From: Nibricoccus sp.
GTDB lineage: Bacteria > Verrucomicrobiota > Verrucomicrobiia > Opitutales > Opitutaceae
Assembly: GCA_047602425.1 (NCBI GenBank)
Contig: JASGHG010000001.1
Coordinates: 2,656,001-2,720,000, forward strand
Direction of reading: 5' to 3'
Length of the DNA: 64,000 nucleotides
Of the stretch, positions 1 to 8,983 are shown one piece after another (positions within the stretch are counted from its first letter, which is position 1; each line of letters begins with the position of its first letter). A program made the translations under genes and the position numbers. Under the pieces are notes generated by a model. It was not told where the DNA came from. It worked only from the letters and a program-made list of their open reading frames with translations, and made no database searches.

Positions 1-1552
1 CGTCGGCGATTTCGCGATCACTGCGGCAACGGGGCATCTTGCTTTGGCCGCCCCATTTTCCGTGGGCGCGCATCCACTGCTCAAAAGTGCCAGATGCAAC
101 GAGGCGAATGACAGGCGGCTCAAGGCCGAGGCCTTTGCGCTTGGCCTCGTAGTCGTCGTTCAAGCGGATCAATTCGGCGTCCAGTTCGGCGGCGAAGATG
201 GCGGTTATAGATGGTTCGGGTAGCGTCTTGAGCTCAATCCACCATTCGTGGCTGCCGCGATTTCTTCCCGTGGCGGCGTCGACGAAGAGCGGAGCAACAT
301 GAAAATTGACAGGCGTCCAGCCATGGCGCTGGCAAACGATGGCGAGAGCATCAGTGAGCTCTTTTTCGATCACATGTTCGCCAAAGGCGCTGAGTTGCAG
401 CTTTGTGCGGCCCGCGTAGACGAGCCTCGGAATGTCGGTGGAGACAAACCGTACGACATCGCCAATCACATAGCGCATCAGCCCGGCGGGTGTGGTGAGA
501 ACGAGAGCGTAATCGATGCCGGCCTTCACGCCTTCGAGCGGTACTGCCTTGGGCCCGAGTTCGCCGAGTCGCGTTTCGTCGAATTCGTTGAGCGGCAGGA
601 ATTCGAAAAAAAGGCCGACATCGGTCATGAGCCGAAGTCCGAGAGCGGCGTCGGCATCTTGCGTGGCAATAAAGCCTTCGGATGCGGGATACACTTCATG
701 GAAATTGACGCCGGCGCCGAGGGTGGCGCGCAGTTCTTCGGCAAAAGGCGCGATGGGTACGCCGCCGTGGATGAGGCATTCGAGATTTGGCCAGACGGCA
801 CGGAGATCGGCGGACAATGCCGAACCTTTTGCGGCGCGCTCTCGTACGGCGGCGGCAAGGATGAGCACCCAGCTTGGGATTCCGGCGACAAGTCGAAGGT
901 CGCGGTTGTGCGTGCGTTCGGCGATGGCTTTGATTTTTTCGGGCCAATTGCCGATCTGTGCGACGTCCGCACCCGGTTCATAGAGGTAATGATTCACCCA
1001 ACCGGGCATGTGCGTGGCGGTGATTCCGCTGAGGTCGCCCGCCCAGGCCTCGAAGGGCTTCGACTCTTCGATGTATGCGAGGGCGGTGGAGCCGCCGAGG
1101 AACAATTGTTTACCGCTAAAGACCGAAGTGCTGCCGGTTCGTGCCGCGTAGTAAAGAAGCGAATCGAGTCCGGCCTGTCGGAAGTGTGCGAGCATTGCAT
1201 CGGTGATCGGCAGATATTTGGTGCGACCGGCGGTCGTGCCGGACGAAACGGCGTAGTATCGACAGCGACCGGGCCAAAGCACGTCAGCCTCGCCACGTTT
1301 CATGCGCTCGATGGGAGCGATGAAATTTTCATAAGTGCGCAGAGGAATTTTTGCCTGAAACTCCGTGTACGTAATGCCCGGATGAAGACCGTTTTCGCGT
1401 CCGAAACTACAGCGAGCCATCGCACTCGTGAGCCGCGCGAAAGTTTTGTGCTGGGCGGGCAGGATACGCTGCGGGTCCCGCAGGCGGCGGGTCGTTCGTA
1501 CGGTTAAGAAACGGGCGCCTATCGTAAGCAGGCTTCGAGGCAGGACCGGCAT
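1..1552 (-). CDS. GH3 auxin-responsive-promoter family acyl-adenylate/amide synthetase (3' end just beyond window edge)
   Basis: Manual minus-strand translation of both ends from ATG at 1552: MPVLPRSLL...IPLRTYE...VLWPG..YYAVSSGTTAGRTKYLP ... YAGRTKLQLSAFGEHV ... NDDYEAKR ... GKWGGQSKMPRCRSDREIAD. Ends are in the same frame. Absent from the ORF track because there is no stop in the window. Confidence 0.9.
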   Translation of the reverse strand, partial: MPVLPRSLLTIGARFLTVRTTRRLRDPQRILPAQHKTFARLTSAMARCSFGRENGLHPGITYTEFQAKIPLRTYENFIAPIERMKRGEADVLWPGRCRYYAVSSGTTAGRTKYLPITDAMLAHFRQAGLDSLLYYAARTGSTSVFSGKQLFLGGSTALAYIEESKPFEAWAGDLSGITATHMPGWVNHYLYEPGADVAQIGNWPEKIKAIAERTHNRDLRLVAGIPSWVLILAAAVRERAAKGSALSADLRAVWPNLECLIHGGVPIAPFAEELRATLGAGVNFHEVYPASEGFIATQDADAALGLRLMTDVGLFFEFLPLNEFDETRLGELGPKAVPLEGVKAGIDYALVLTTPAGLMRYVIGDVVRFVSTDIPRLVYAGRTKLQLSAFGEHVIEKELTDALAIVCQRHGWTPVNFHVAPLFVDAATGRNRGSHEWWIELKTLPEPSITAIFAAELDAELIRLNDDYEAKRKGLGLEPPVIRLVASGTFEQWMRAHGKWGGQSKMPRCRSDREIAD

Positions 1553-1583
1553 GGAGGCGATTCAGGAGAATCGGGCTATCAGG

Positions 1584-2708
1584 TCAACGGCTCGCAAGGG
1601 CTGGCTGCGCCTTGGCGTTTTTTACTTTGCGATAGAAGTCGGCGATGACGGGCAGAAAATTGAAGTAATGGAAAATCAGCGAAGCATGCTGCACGGGACT
1701 GCCGCGATGATTGGTGATGATCCGGTACTGGCTCTCTGGAAAATAGGCCTGGCGTGCGGTTTCGAGTGCGAAGCGCGTGGGCGAATGATCGGCGATGACC
1801 GAGCTTTCTTTTTCCGCGTAGAGAATGAGCGTCGGCGCTTTGGTGAGCGGGAGAAGTATCTGCGAGAAATACGAAGAGGGCGGCTCAAGATGCCTCAGCG
1901 CCTGCACACGTTCGCACGCTCCATCGGCTGAGATGGTTTGAATGGTTGCGGTAACGGCTTCGTGCAATTGACGGAGTTCGCCGCGGGTCATCAGAACGCG
2001 GAGCGATTCTTTGTTTTGCGCGCCGGACTCGTACATCTTGGTGAAAATTGCACGGGATTTTGCCACCGTTTGTTCATCGGCGCGTTTATTGGGATCGACG
2101 TAAGGCTTGATGGCCCGCCCGAGCAGCGTAGTCGGCTTCGCTTCGCCGGGAGCGAGCAGGTCTTCCACGCAGGCGACGGGACTGACGAGGACGAGGCCGC
2201 GCAATTCGATCTGGCGGCCTTCGCGGCGGGCGCGTTTGAGCCATTCCATCACGAGGCCCACGCCAAAGCTCACGGAAAAAATCATCGGCAATTGGCCGTG
2301 CGTCTCGGCGAGTTCTTCGACCAGATCTTCGAGTTGGGCGAAGAGCATCTCGTTGGAAAAACCATGCCGGGGATAGTTGATATAATAGACGCTGCCATGC
2401 TTGAGCAAAAAGCCGCGCAGAAGGAAAACCTGTTCGGTGGCATCGGGAATGAAACCGCCAAGCACGATCGTGGGCGAAGCGCCCTTGCGTTTTTCGTAAA
2501 GAATATTGCTCGCTTGATGAACGCCCGCGATGCCGCTCAGCAGCACCGATTCCTGTCGCTTGCGAATGGTTGGAGTGAAGGGAACCGGGCGGGGCGGCCT
2601 GAGCTTGTAATCGGTGGCCCGGATGAAGGTCTGAAGGGGCTGGGCCGGCGACATCCGGGTGAATACATTTAAAAAGGAGAGGGCGGGGGCGAGGCTGATA
2701 GCTGGCAT
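1584..2708 (-). CDS. Putative alpha/beta-hydrolase fold protein
   Basis: VLGGF oxyanion-like strand, S-V-S-F-G nucleophile-elbow-like motif, LVLVSP strand, PTLILYA strand and C-terminal QHASL His. Start codon uncertain. Confidence 0.55.
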   Translation of the reverse strand: MPAISLAPALSFLNVFTRMSPAQPLQTFIRATDYKLRPPRPVPFTPTIRKRQESVLLSGIAGVHQASNILYEKRKGASPTIVLGGFIPDATEQVFLLRGFLLKHGSVYYINYPRHGFSNEMLFAQLEDLVEELAETHGQLPMIFSVSFGVGLVMEWLKRARREGRQIELRGLVLVSPVACVEDLLAPGEAKPTTLLGRAIKPYVDPNKRADEQTVAKSRAIFTKMYESGAQNKESLRVLMTRGELRQLHEAVTATIQTISADGACERVQALRHLEPPSSYFSQILLPLTKAPTLILYAEKESSVIADHSPTRFALETARQAYFPESQYRIITNHRGSPVQHASLIFHYFNFLPVIADFYRKVKNAKAQPALASR

Positions 2709-2863
2709 GACTTTAGTGGTTTAAGTGAGACCCGGGTTAAAGGAGTGCAGCAAAGGGAATCGGGTGTCGTAACGCGGATTTAACCAGTCTGAGACATGGG
2801 TGTTACTTTAAGGTGCCGAGAAAACCGTTTGCTCCCGCCGGGAGATTTCCCGCAAAGTAGGTC

Positions 2864-3646
2864 ATGGGTTTGCCTGACATCGTTTTCGAGGATGAGACAA
2901 TGATCGCTTTTGACAAGCCTAGCGGTTTGTTGGTCGCACCCGACCGTTGGGACAAAAAACGCGTGAACCTCATGGGCCTTATCCATGAGAAAATGGGCCA
3001 TCACGTGGCCAACGTGCACCGCCTGGATGCCGATACCAGCGGCATCCTGCTTTGCGCCAAAACGAAGCCCGCGTTGGATTTTTTGAGCGGACAATTTCAG
3101 GGCAAAACAGTGGCGAAAACCTATCATGCGATTGTCGCTTTGCTGCCTCCAGAGCGTGCGATGAAATTGGCGACGCCGGTTGTAGCACGTGAATCCGACG
3201 GCAGCCTGCCTGCCAACTTCGTGGTCGACCTTGCGCTCGGAGAAGACGAACAACAGCTGGGCCGAATGCGCGTGTTTCGCAAGCGCGGGGGCAAAGCCAG
3301 CGTCACAGAGTTTCGTGTGCTGGAACGTTTTGGCGGTTTTGCCTTGTTTGAGTGCAAGCCGCTCACGGGCCGAACGCATCAAATCCGCGTTCACCTGGCC
3401 GCGGCAGGCGCGCCGGTCCTCAACGATCCGTTTTACGGCGATCCCGAGGTGAAGCTTCTGCTTTCGGGACTGAAGCGCCGCTACAAAGGCCGCGACGAGG
3501 AGAAACCGCTGATTGACCGCCTCGCGCTGCATGCAAGCGAACTCGTGCTCAAGCATCCAACGACGCGCGAGCTGTGCACGATTCGCGCTGGCCTGCCGAA
3601 CGAGTTCGAAGTCGCCCTCAAATACCTTCGAAAGTTTTCGCGGTAA
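2864..3646 (+). CDS. RluA-family RNA pseudouridine synthase
   Basis: DKPSGL, HRLDADTSG (catalytic Asp), TGRTHQIRVH, LALHA motifs. Confidence 0.95.
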   Translation: MGLPDIVFEDETMIAFDKPSGLLVAPDRWDKKRVNLMGLIHEKMGHHVANVHRLDADTSGILLCAKTKPALDFLSGQFQGKTVAKTYHAIVALLPPERAMKLATPVVARESDGSLPANFVVDLALGEDEQQLGRMRVFRKRGGKASVTEFRVLERFGGFALFECKPLTGRTHQIRVHLAAAGAPVLNDPFYGDPEVKLLLSGLKRRYKGRDEEKPLIDRLALHASELVLKHPTTRELCTIRAGLPNEFEVALKYLRKFSR

Positions 3647-3667
3647 GAGAAGGGCACCGCGCCGGGC

Positions 3668-4234
3668 TCAATGTTTTGCAGCGCGAGCGTGGCGCAAGGC
3701 GGCGAACTTACGCAATGCGGACCGAACCGGATAATAGATACCAGCGACAAGGAACGGGACGCTTACCAGCCAGACCAGCACGCCGCCGAGGAAAACCAGG
3801 CCGAAATGTCCCCAGAATTCCGCGCTCAAAAGACTGTCGAGTCTTTCGCTCCACGTGGGGCCCGGCGTGAGGACGCGCATGATGCCCCTGAGGTTTTCGT
3901 GACGGTCGAAAATCTTTGCTCCAAGCCCAAGGTAGAACGGAATGGCCGGAATATGAATTGGCCATAGCAGCTGGTTGACGATTTGGATAATCGGATGGTT
4001 CAACTTGAACGCGAAGGCGGCCGCCAGGCAAAGAATCCAGGTGCCAAGGCAGGGGAAAAGGCCGCAAGCCACGCCAACGGCAAGAGTAAGCGCGATTTTG
4101 TCGGGGGTGACACCTTGCGTAAGCTGGGCAACGATCGGATCGCGGACTCGTCGTTGCCAGGCATTGCTGGATGACGGTGCGTCGGAAGTTGATTGGTTCG
4201 GCTTTGAGGTGTCGGCGGTCATTCTTTTTTCCAT
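3668..4234 (-). CDS. DUF2062-like membrane protein
   Basis: TPDKIALTLAVG...FP..G...LN.P...N pattern; hydrophobic helices. Confidence 0.75.
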   Translation of the reverse strand: MEKRMTADTSKPNQSTSDAPSSSNAWQRRVRDPIVAQLTQGVTPDKIALTLAVGVACGLFPCLGTWILCLAAAFAFKLNHPIIQIVNQLLWPIHIPAIPFYLGLGAKIFDRHENLRGIMRVLTPGPTWSERLDSLLSAEFWGHFGLVFLGGVLVWLVSVPFLVAGIYYPVRSALRKFAALRHARAAKH

Positions 4235-4360
4235 CGGGCGGAAGCGCGAGGACGAGTGGTCAGCAAAACAAAAACCCCGGCTTTGCCCAGCAAAAGAATG
4301 GAGCTTGCGCGAAGAACCGCGATGGAAAGTCCGACGCGGCCGCCCCCTGGCGCTCTATTT

Positions 4361-4552
4361 TTAGAGCTTCGTCTTTGTAAAAGCCAATCCGAGCGCGACG
4401 CCGACACCGATGCCGAGCGCGATGCCAAGACCTACGTTGTGCAAAGAGACCCCCATTGCGGTGCCGACGCCCGTCCCGAGAGCCATACCCACGCCTAGCC
4501 CAAGTGCCTTGGATTGCTGTTTTGGTTCTTTATTGTTGTTTGGTATATTCAT
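4361..4552 (-). CDS. Small glycine-zipper membrane protein
   Basis: 63 aa with GxxxG repeats (GLGVGMALGTGVGTAMG...GIALGIGVGVALG). Confidence 0.6.
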   Translation of the reverse strand: MNIPNNNKEPKQQSKALGLGVGMALGTGVGTAMGVSLHNVGLGIALGIGVGVALGLAFTKTKL

Positions 4553-4631
4553 AGTACTCTGATGTCACGCGAGATGTGGGGTGCAACGCGCGCAACGATA
4601 GCAGACATTGCCGTGATGACAAACGGAGCGC

Positions 4632-4667
4632 AAAAAAGCCCGGCGATGCGGGCCGGGCTCTTTTTTT
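4632..4667. terminator. Intrinsic terminator, potentially bidirectional
   Basis: AAAAAAGCCCGGC-GATGCGG-GCCGGGCTCTTTTTTT, downstream of the minus-strand DRE-TIM gene. Confidence 0.8.
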
Positions 4668-4687
4668 GGGAGTTTTCGTTCCAGAAT

Positions 4688-5683
4688 TTACGGCTGCTGC
4701 ACGGCGTCGTCGTAGAATTTGACGATATTGCGGAAGTCGTCGCCTTCCATGAACTGCATTGCCGCTTTCGGATGCTGGTTCAGGTAGCCGGTTAGCATGT
4801 ACGGAATGGCGAAACCCCAGCGAAGCGCTTCACGGTGTGGTTCCACGGTGTTCTGGATGGCTTCGAGGATCGGGCGCATCTTGAACTTTGGGTTGTGCAA
4901 GAAACTGAGGGCGAGTTCCAATGGGCAGTTGCCGGCGCCGCGGCCAAGGCCGGCGATGCTCGCATCAACGTAATTACAACCCAGCACGATCGCCTCGATG
5001 GTATTGGCGAAGGCGAGTTGGAGATTGTTGTGCGTGTGAATGCCGAGCTCCTTTTTTGCTGGCACAGTGAATTTTTGGAAGCGCTGGACGAGGCCGCGGA
5101 TCTGCTCACTGTAGAGCGTGCCAAAGCTGTCGACAACGTAGAGAATGTTGACGGGGCTCTGCACAATGATCTCGAGCGCGCTTTCGAGTTCGCTCTCGGG
5201 TACCGTGGACACGGCCATGATGTTGAGCGCAGTCTCGTAGCCTTTGTTGTGGGCGTCGTTGACGATCTCAAGGGCCGAGGGAATCTGATGGATGTAAGTG
5301 GCGACGCGGACCATGTCGACGACGCTCTTTTCGCGGGGGAGGATGTCGTTGAAATCGGTGCGCTCGGCATCGGCCATGACGGAGATTTTGGTGGCGCCCT
5401 TCTTTTCGCCGATGGCGCGGCGCATGTTTTCCTCGGTACAGAATTTCCAGAGACCGTATTGAGTCTTGGGATACATGCTGGCCATGCCCTTGTAACCAAT
5501 TTCCATGTAGTCGACACCCGCGGCACAATCGGCGGCGTAGATTTGCTGCACGAATTCGAGCGGGAAATTGTGATCGTTCATCAGGCCGCCATCGCGAACG
5601 GTGCAGTCGACGACCTTAATCTCGGGACGATAGCCGACCCAGCCTTTATTGCCGGTGGCGTGTGTAGTGGCTTCTTTGCTCAT
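4688..5683 (-). CDS. DRE-TIM metallolyase (HMGL-like / 4-hydroxy-2-oxovalerate aldolase-like)
   Basis: DCTVRDGG, HTHNN, GLGRGAGNCPLE motifs; start at MSKEAT chosen (ORF is open to 5713). Confidence 0.85.
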   Translation of the reverse strand: MSKEATTHATGNKGWVGYRPEIKVVDCTVRDGGLMNDHNFPLEFVQQIYAADCAAGVDYMEIGYKGMASMYPKTQYGLWKFCTEENMRRAIGEKKGATKISVMADAERTDFNDILPREKSVVDMVRVATYIHQIPSALEIVNDAHNKGYETALNIMAVSTVPESELESALEIIVQSPVNILYVVDSFGTLYSEQIRGLVQRFQKFTVPAKKELGIHTHNNLQLAFANTIEAIVLGCNYVDASIAGLGRGAGNCPLELALSFLHNPKFKMRPILEAIQNTVEPHREALRWGFAIPYMLTGYLNQHPKAAMQFMEGDDFRNIVKFYDDAVQQP

Positions 5684-5809
5684 GGGGGTTGGTGGTGGGT
5701 GAAAGACCTTCATGCTGCCCCCTTGCGTGGCATGCGGGCAACGAGAATTACACCGCGTTTTTTGACATGCGTTAGTCTCTGACCTCGAGCGGCCATTGAA
5801 GCTTGCTGG

Positions 5810-6487
5810 TTACCGATGCGCGTTGGCCAACGGTTTGGTGTTGGTCAAATAGTTGGCGAGTTCGCTGATGGTGAGGAAGACGGCACCGTTGCGTTTGAGG
5901 TCGGCGAGGATGGCGGGCATTTGTTCGAGCGTTTCTTTGCGCCATTCGTGGAAGAGGATAACGGTGCCGTCCTTCACATTGGTCAGGGCATTTTTGCGGA
6001 GTTGGTCGGCGGAAACAGAAATGTCCCAGTCACTGGAGGAAACCAAATGCCCGGGGCGAAAAATTTTCATCGTGGTTTTAGCGACAGTTTTTTCGAGATC
6101 GGGCGTGATTTCGACGAAGGGCGGCCAGTACCAAGTCGGACGAACGCCAATTTTGGTTTCAAGGACGTCGAGAGCCGCGAGCACTTCGTGGTCGAGTGCT
6201 TTTTGGTCGAGGCCGGCCGGATGCAGATGCTCGTAAGAATGATTGGCAATTTCGTGTCCTGCGGCGATGGCGGTTTTGGCAGGTTGTGGATGAGCTTCGA
6301 CGTTTTTGGCAACGAAGCTGAAGGTGGCGTGGATTTTCTCGCGCTTGAAGAGTTCAAGGAATTTTTCCAACTGGTCGGGAGTCGGACCGTCGTCGATCAA
6401 CAGCGCGATGTGCATGGGCTTGGGTGTTTGGGCGGGAAGGAGCGAAACGCAGAGCAGGAAAAGAAAGGGTAGAAAGAATTTCTTCAT
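5810..6487 (-). CDS. Secreted polysaccharide deacetylase (CE4/NodB-like)
   Basis: Signal peptide; DDGP, HEIANHSYEH, SSDW, GTVILFHE motifs. Confidence 0.9.
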   Translation of the reverse strand: MKKFFLPFLFLLCVSLLPAQTPKPMHIALLIDDGPTPDQLEKFLELFKREKIHATFSFVAKNVEAHPQPAKTAIAAGHEIANHSYEHLHPAGLDQKALDHEVLAALDVLETKIGVRPTWYWPPFVEITPDLEKTVAKTTMKIFRPGHLVSSSDWDISVSADQLRKNALTNVKDGTVILFHEWRKETLEQMPAILADLKRNGAVFLTISELANYLTNTKPLANAHR

Positions 6488-6554
6488 GGGGCGAAGGCTT
6501 AGTCGGTTCCTGGAGGGAAGCGGATAGGGCAGTTAACGGCAATGTTTCAAAGCA

Positions 6555-7106
6555 TCACCTTGATTTTGTGAACGCGAGTTTGGCGGAATGGGCGCGGATG
6601 CGGCGAATTTCGGCGGTAGGGATGCCGAGGGATTCGAGGAAATCCTGATGGGCGGGCGGAGATTGTTTTTCGAACGCAGCGTGCCACTGCATCATCTCGG
6701 TGTCGTTCAGGCCGATGGAGCGAAGGAGATGGACCCATTTTTCTTTGGTCATGGCGCGGGCGAGGCGGTCGTGGCCTTTTCGCGGAAGCAGCTTGAGCAC
6801 AATTTCCTGCTGGCGGCGAAGCGCGGCAATCTCGTGATTGAGTTCGGTCAGGCGTCGGTGAAGAGCGGCGGCGATGCGAGTGCGCGAGGGGCGGGCGTCT
6901 TCGAGGAGGCGCTTGATAGCCGCGAGAGGGAGGCCGGTTTGGCGATAGCGACAAATTCGGCGCAGGCGGGATTCGTCTTCGGTCGAGTAGAGACGATAGC
7001 CCGCGGCGGTGCGATAAGTCGGGCGGACCAGGTTCAGGCGGTCGTAATAAAGCAGGGTGCTGCGCGAAAGGCCGAATTTTTTCCCAATGGCGCTGATGGG
7101 TTGCAT
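6555..7106 (-). CDS. MerR-family transcriptional regulator
   Basis: ATG at 7106: ISAIGKKFGLSRSTLLYYD...P.R...GYRLY HTH, coiled coil, C-terminal WH..FE...P.AH..FL..LG domain. Confidence 0.9.
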   Translation of the reverse strand: MQPISAIGKKFGLSRSTLLYYDRLNLVRPTYRTAAGYRLYSTEDESRLRRICRYRQTGLPLAAIKRLLEDARPSRTRIAAALHRRLTELNHEIAALRRQQEIVLKLLPRKGHDRLARAMTKEKWVHLLRSIGLNDTEMMQWHAAFEKQSPPAHQDFLESLGIPTAEIRRIRAHSAKLAFTKSR

Positions 7107-7170
7107 GGCGAGGGCGGAGATGAAAACGCGCCAGCTGCGAGAGTTCAACCGGCGCGTGAGGAACGGGAAC

Positions 7171-7359
7171 TCAAGCCTTTCGCGAGTGAGTGCGGATTTC
7201 CTGAATCGCCGCGGCGGGCAGGCCGAGGAATTCGAGGAAGCTTTGGTGCGCGTCCGGGTGACGTTGTTCGAAGAGCGCGTGGAGGCGCTGTTTTTGCGAG
7301 TCGGAGACGCCAGCTTCATTGAGCAGGGCGACGAATTGATCTTTGGTGATTCTCTTCAT
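7171..7359 (-). CDS. 62-aa protein homologous to the C-terminal domain of the downstream MerR
   Basis: MKRITKDQFVALLNEAGVSDSQKQRLHALFEQRHPDAHQSFLEFLGLPAAAIQEIRTHSRKA aligns without gaps to the MerR C-terminus. Confidence 0.8.
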   Translation of the reverse strand: MKRITKDQFVALLNEAGVSDSQKQRLHALFEQRHPDAHQSFLEFLGLPAAAIQEIRTHSRKA

Positions 7360-7406
7360 GGCGATGTGCGTTGGTTGTGGCCGGTGGTTTTCACCGGCGA
7401 AAGCAC

Positions 7407-7437
7407 AGCATGCACTATGAAGCTGTAGACGACTCAA
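7407..7437 (-). promoter_or_regulatory. Candidate MerR-type promoter with 19-bp spacer
   Basis: TTGAGT-N19-CATGCT on the minus strand; weak CTA-N8-TAG dyad in the spacer. Confidence 0.45.
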
Positions 7438-7513
7438 AACGGTTTTTGCGCGGCATCCTATTTTTGGGCGCGCGCGGGAGTGGAATTTTCGCCCGGTAGT
7501 CGGGACAAGGCTT

Positions 7514-8722
7514 TTACTTCCGCATTGCCTTGGTCACGACATCGACGGTGAAACCGCCTACGGGTTTGTCGGAGAGCAAATACATCCAGTCTTCGATTTC
7601 GGCTACGGGAATGCTGATTTTGTCATTCAACTTGTAATCGCCAAGGTTCACCGGATCGTTGCCGATACGGCCGCGGATGATATCGTCTTCGATTGCTTCC
7701 ACTGAGATCCAGATATGTTCAGTGTGTTCGCCCGACGTGAGGGGAGCTTTGACCGAGAACATGTGTTCTGGGTGACGTTTCGAAAAGGCGGCGACAAACT
7801 CCGGCCACCGCGCGCGTGCCTGGGCGATTGCGGCCTCCATATCTTCGTTATCCGGGCTGATCGGTACGACCGGCGCTAACAGATTTTCTTCGAGGGCGTT
7901 CAATCCATCGCCGGACTTAAAAGCTTGTTCCAATTCGGGCGACCACGCGAAAAAGCGCCCCGATTCCGGGTGAAAGAGGCCGATGGTGCCGGGTCCGGAG
8001 AGCTCTGCAATCAAACGGCCAATTTCCCGGTAGATGGTTTCACGGGTTGAAGAGGGGTCGAACGGATCGCTCAACAAATCCACGGAAAGCCACGCCTGGT
8101 GTTCTTCGATGGCTTTACGTATTCGCAGGTTCTTGGTCGACTCAGCAGCGGACTTTGTGTCTTCGAGATATGGCTGAGCCTGGTTGTGAATCATATACAT
8201 CCCGGAAGGCGACTTGACCATGAAGACGGGTGAACTGCCGACCACAAAGCAGGCGGCATCCTCGTCTTGCCGCGTGTATTCTCCCGGCCAGGCCGAACTA
8301 ATGATTTGAGCTAAAATGCGGTCGTCGAGCATGCGCGGCGCGCGTTCCCAGAGCACAAAGGAAAGCATGGGCTTGTCGGCTTCGCGTGAGGCTTTGCGAC
8401 GGGCGACGATCTCTTTGATTTGCAGCCAGCTGCCAATGGCGCAGGCGGCCAGTCCGCCCGCACATGTCCACCCGAAGCCCTTGAAATACCACATCAGGCC
8501 CAAAAAACCTGCACCAAAAATCGCGAGGCCAAAGGAGGCCCAACCCGACCAGGGGTAACCTCTCCACTGGCCGTAGTAAGTCACGGTGACCACGAGGCCC
8601 AATAAAACGAGAAAAACCGATTTTTCCCAGCCGCCATAGGCCGCCAGCACAGCGCCGCCGATGGCGAAGAGCAGGTCCGACAAATCGCCTTTTTCAGAAG
8701 TCTCACCGGGAGGGGAATCCAT
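7514..8722 (-). CDS. Membrane protein with C-terminal DUF2314 (YegJ-like) domain
   Basis: About 4 N-terminal TM helices; MEAAIAQARA, FSVKAP, EHIW, GRIGNDP, IEDWMY motifs. Confidence 0.8.
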   Translation of the reverse strand: MDSPPGETSEKGDLSDLLFAIGGAVLAAYGGWEKSVFLVLLGLVVTVTYYGQWRGYPWSGWASFGLAIFGAGFLGLMWYFKGFGWTCAGGLAACAIGSWLQIKEIVARRKASREADKPMLSFVLWERAPRMLDDRILAQIISSAWPGEYTRQDEDAACFVVGSSPVFMVKSPSGMYMIHNQAQPYLEDTKSAAESTKNLRIRKAIEEHQAWLSVDLLSDPFDPSSTRETIYREIGRLIAELSGPGTIGLFHPESGRFFAWSPELEQAFKSGDGLNALEENLLAPVVPISPDNEDMEAAIAQARARWPEFVAAFSKRHPEHMFSVKAPLTSGEHTEHIWISVEAIEDDIIRGRIGNDPVNLGDYKLNDKISIPVAEIEDWMYLLSDKPVGGFTVDVVTKAMRK

Positions 8723-8826
8723 TCGCTAGGACTAGCGAAACGGTTGCCTTCTGCAAGACCAGGGCACGCCGAAGATGCCGCCGTCTGTTTTGTGGTCGCC
8801 CCATTTTGCCTGCAATTTCGCGAGAC

Positions 8827-8841
8827 CGGCAAATCTTGCCT
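8827..8841 (+). promoter_or_regulatory. Putative sigma54 enhancer (ftr-like) upstream of flhB
   Basis: CGGCA-AATCT-TGCCT, ending 108 bp before the -24 GG. Confidence 0.6.
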
Positions 8842-8947
8842 TGGGGGGTTGGCCTTAGACGAAAATCGGGAGTCAGCTACGGCAGACGAGTGAAATTACT
8901 TTTTTAAGTAATTATAGAGTAGTTGCTAATGCGCTAATTGCAGGGGG

Positions 8948-8963
8948 TGGCATCCGCTTTGCA
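8948..8963 (+). promoter_or_regulatory. sigma54 promoter of flhB operon
   Basis: TGGCATCCGCTTTGCA = GG-N10-GC. Confidence 0.8.
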
Positions 8964-8983
8964 TCTGAGCATGCCACCCTTCC

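Noticed and set aside
248..1507. 419-aa plus-strand ORF
   Set aside because: Antisense shadow of the minus-strand GH3 gene; no recognisable motifs
7107..7319. N-terminal extension of the MerR ORF, or a frameshift fusion with the small ORF
   Set aside because: The HTH begins right after ATG 7106 and the small ORF has its own stop; the extension is an alternative frame of that ORF
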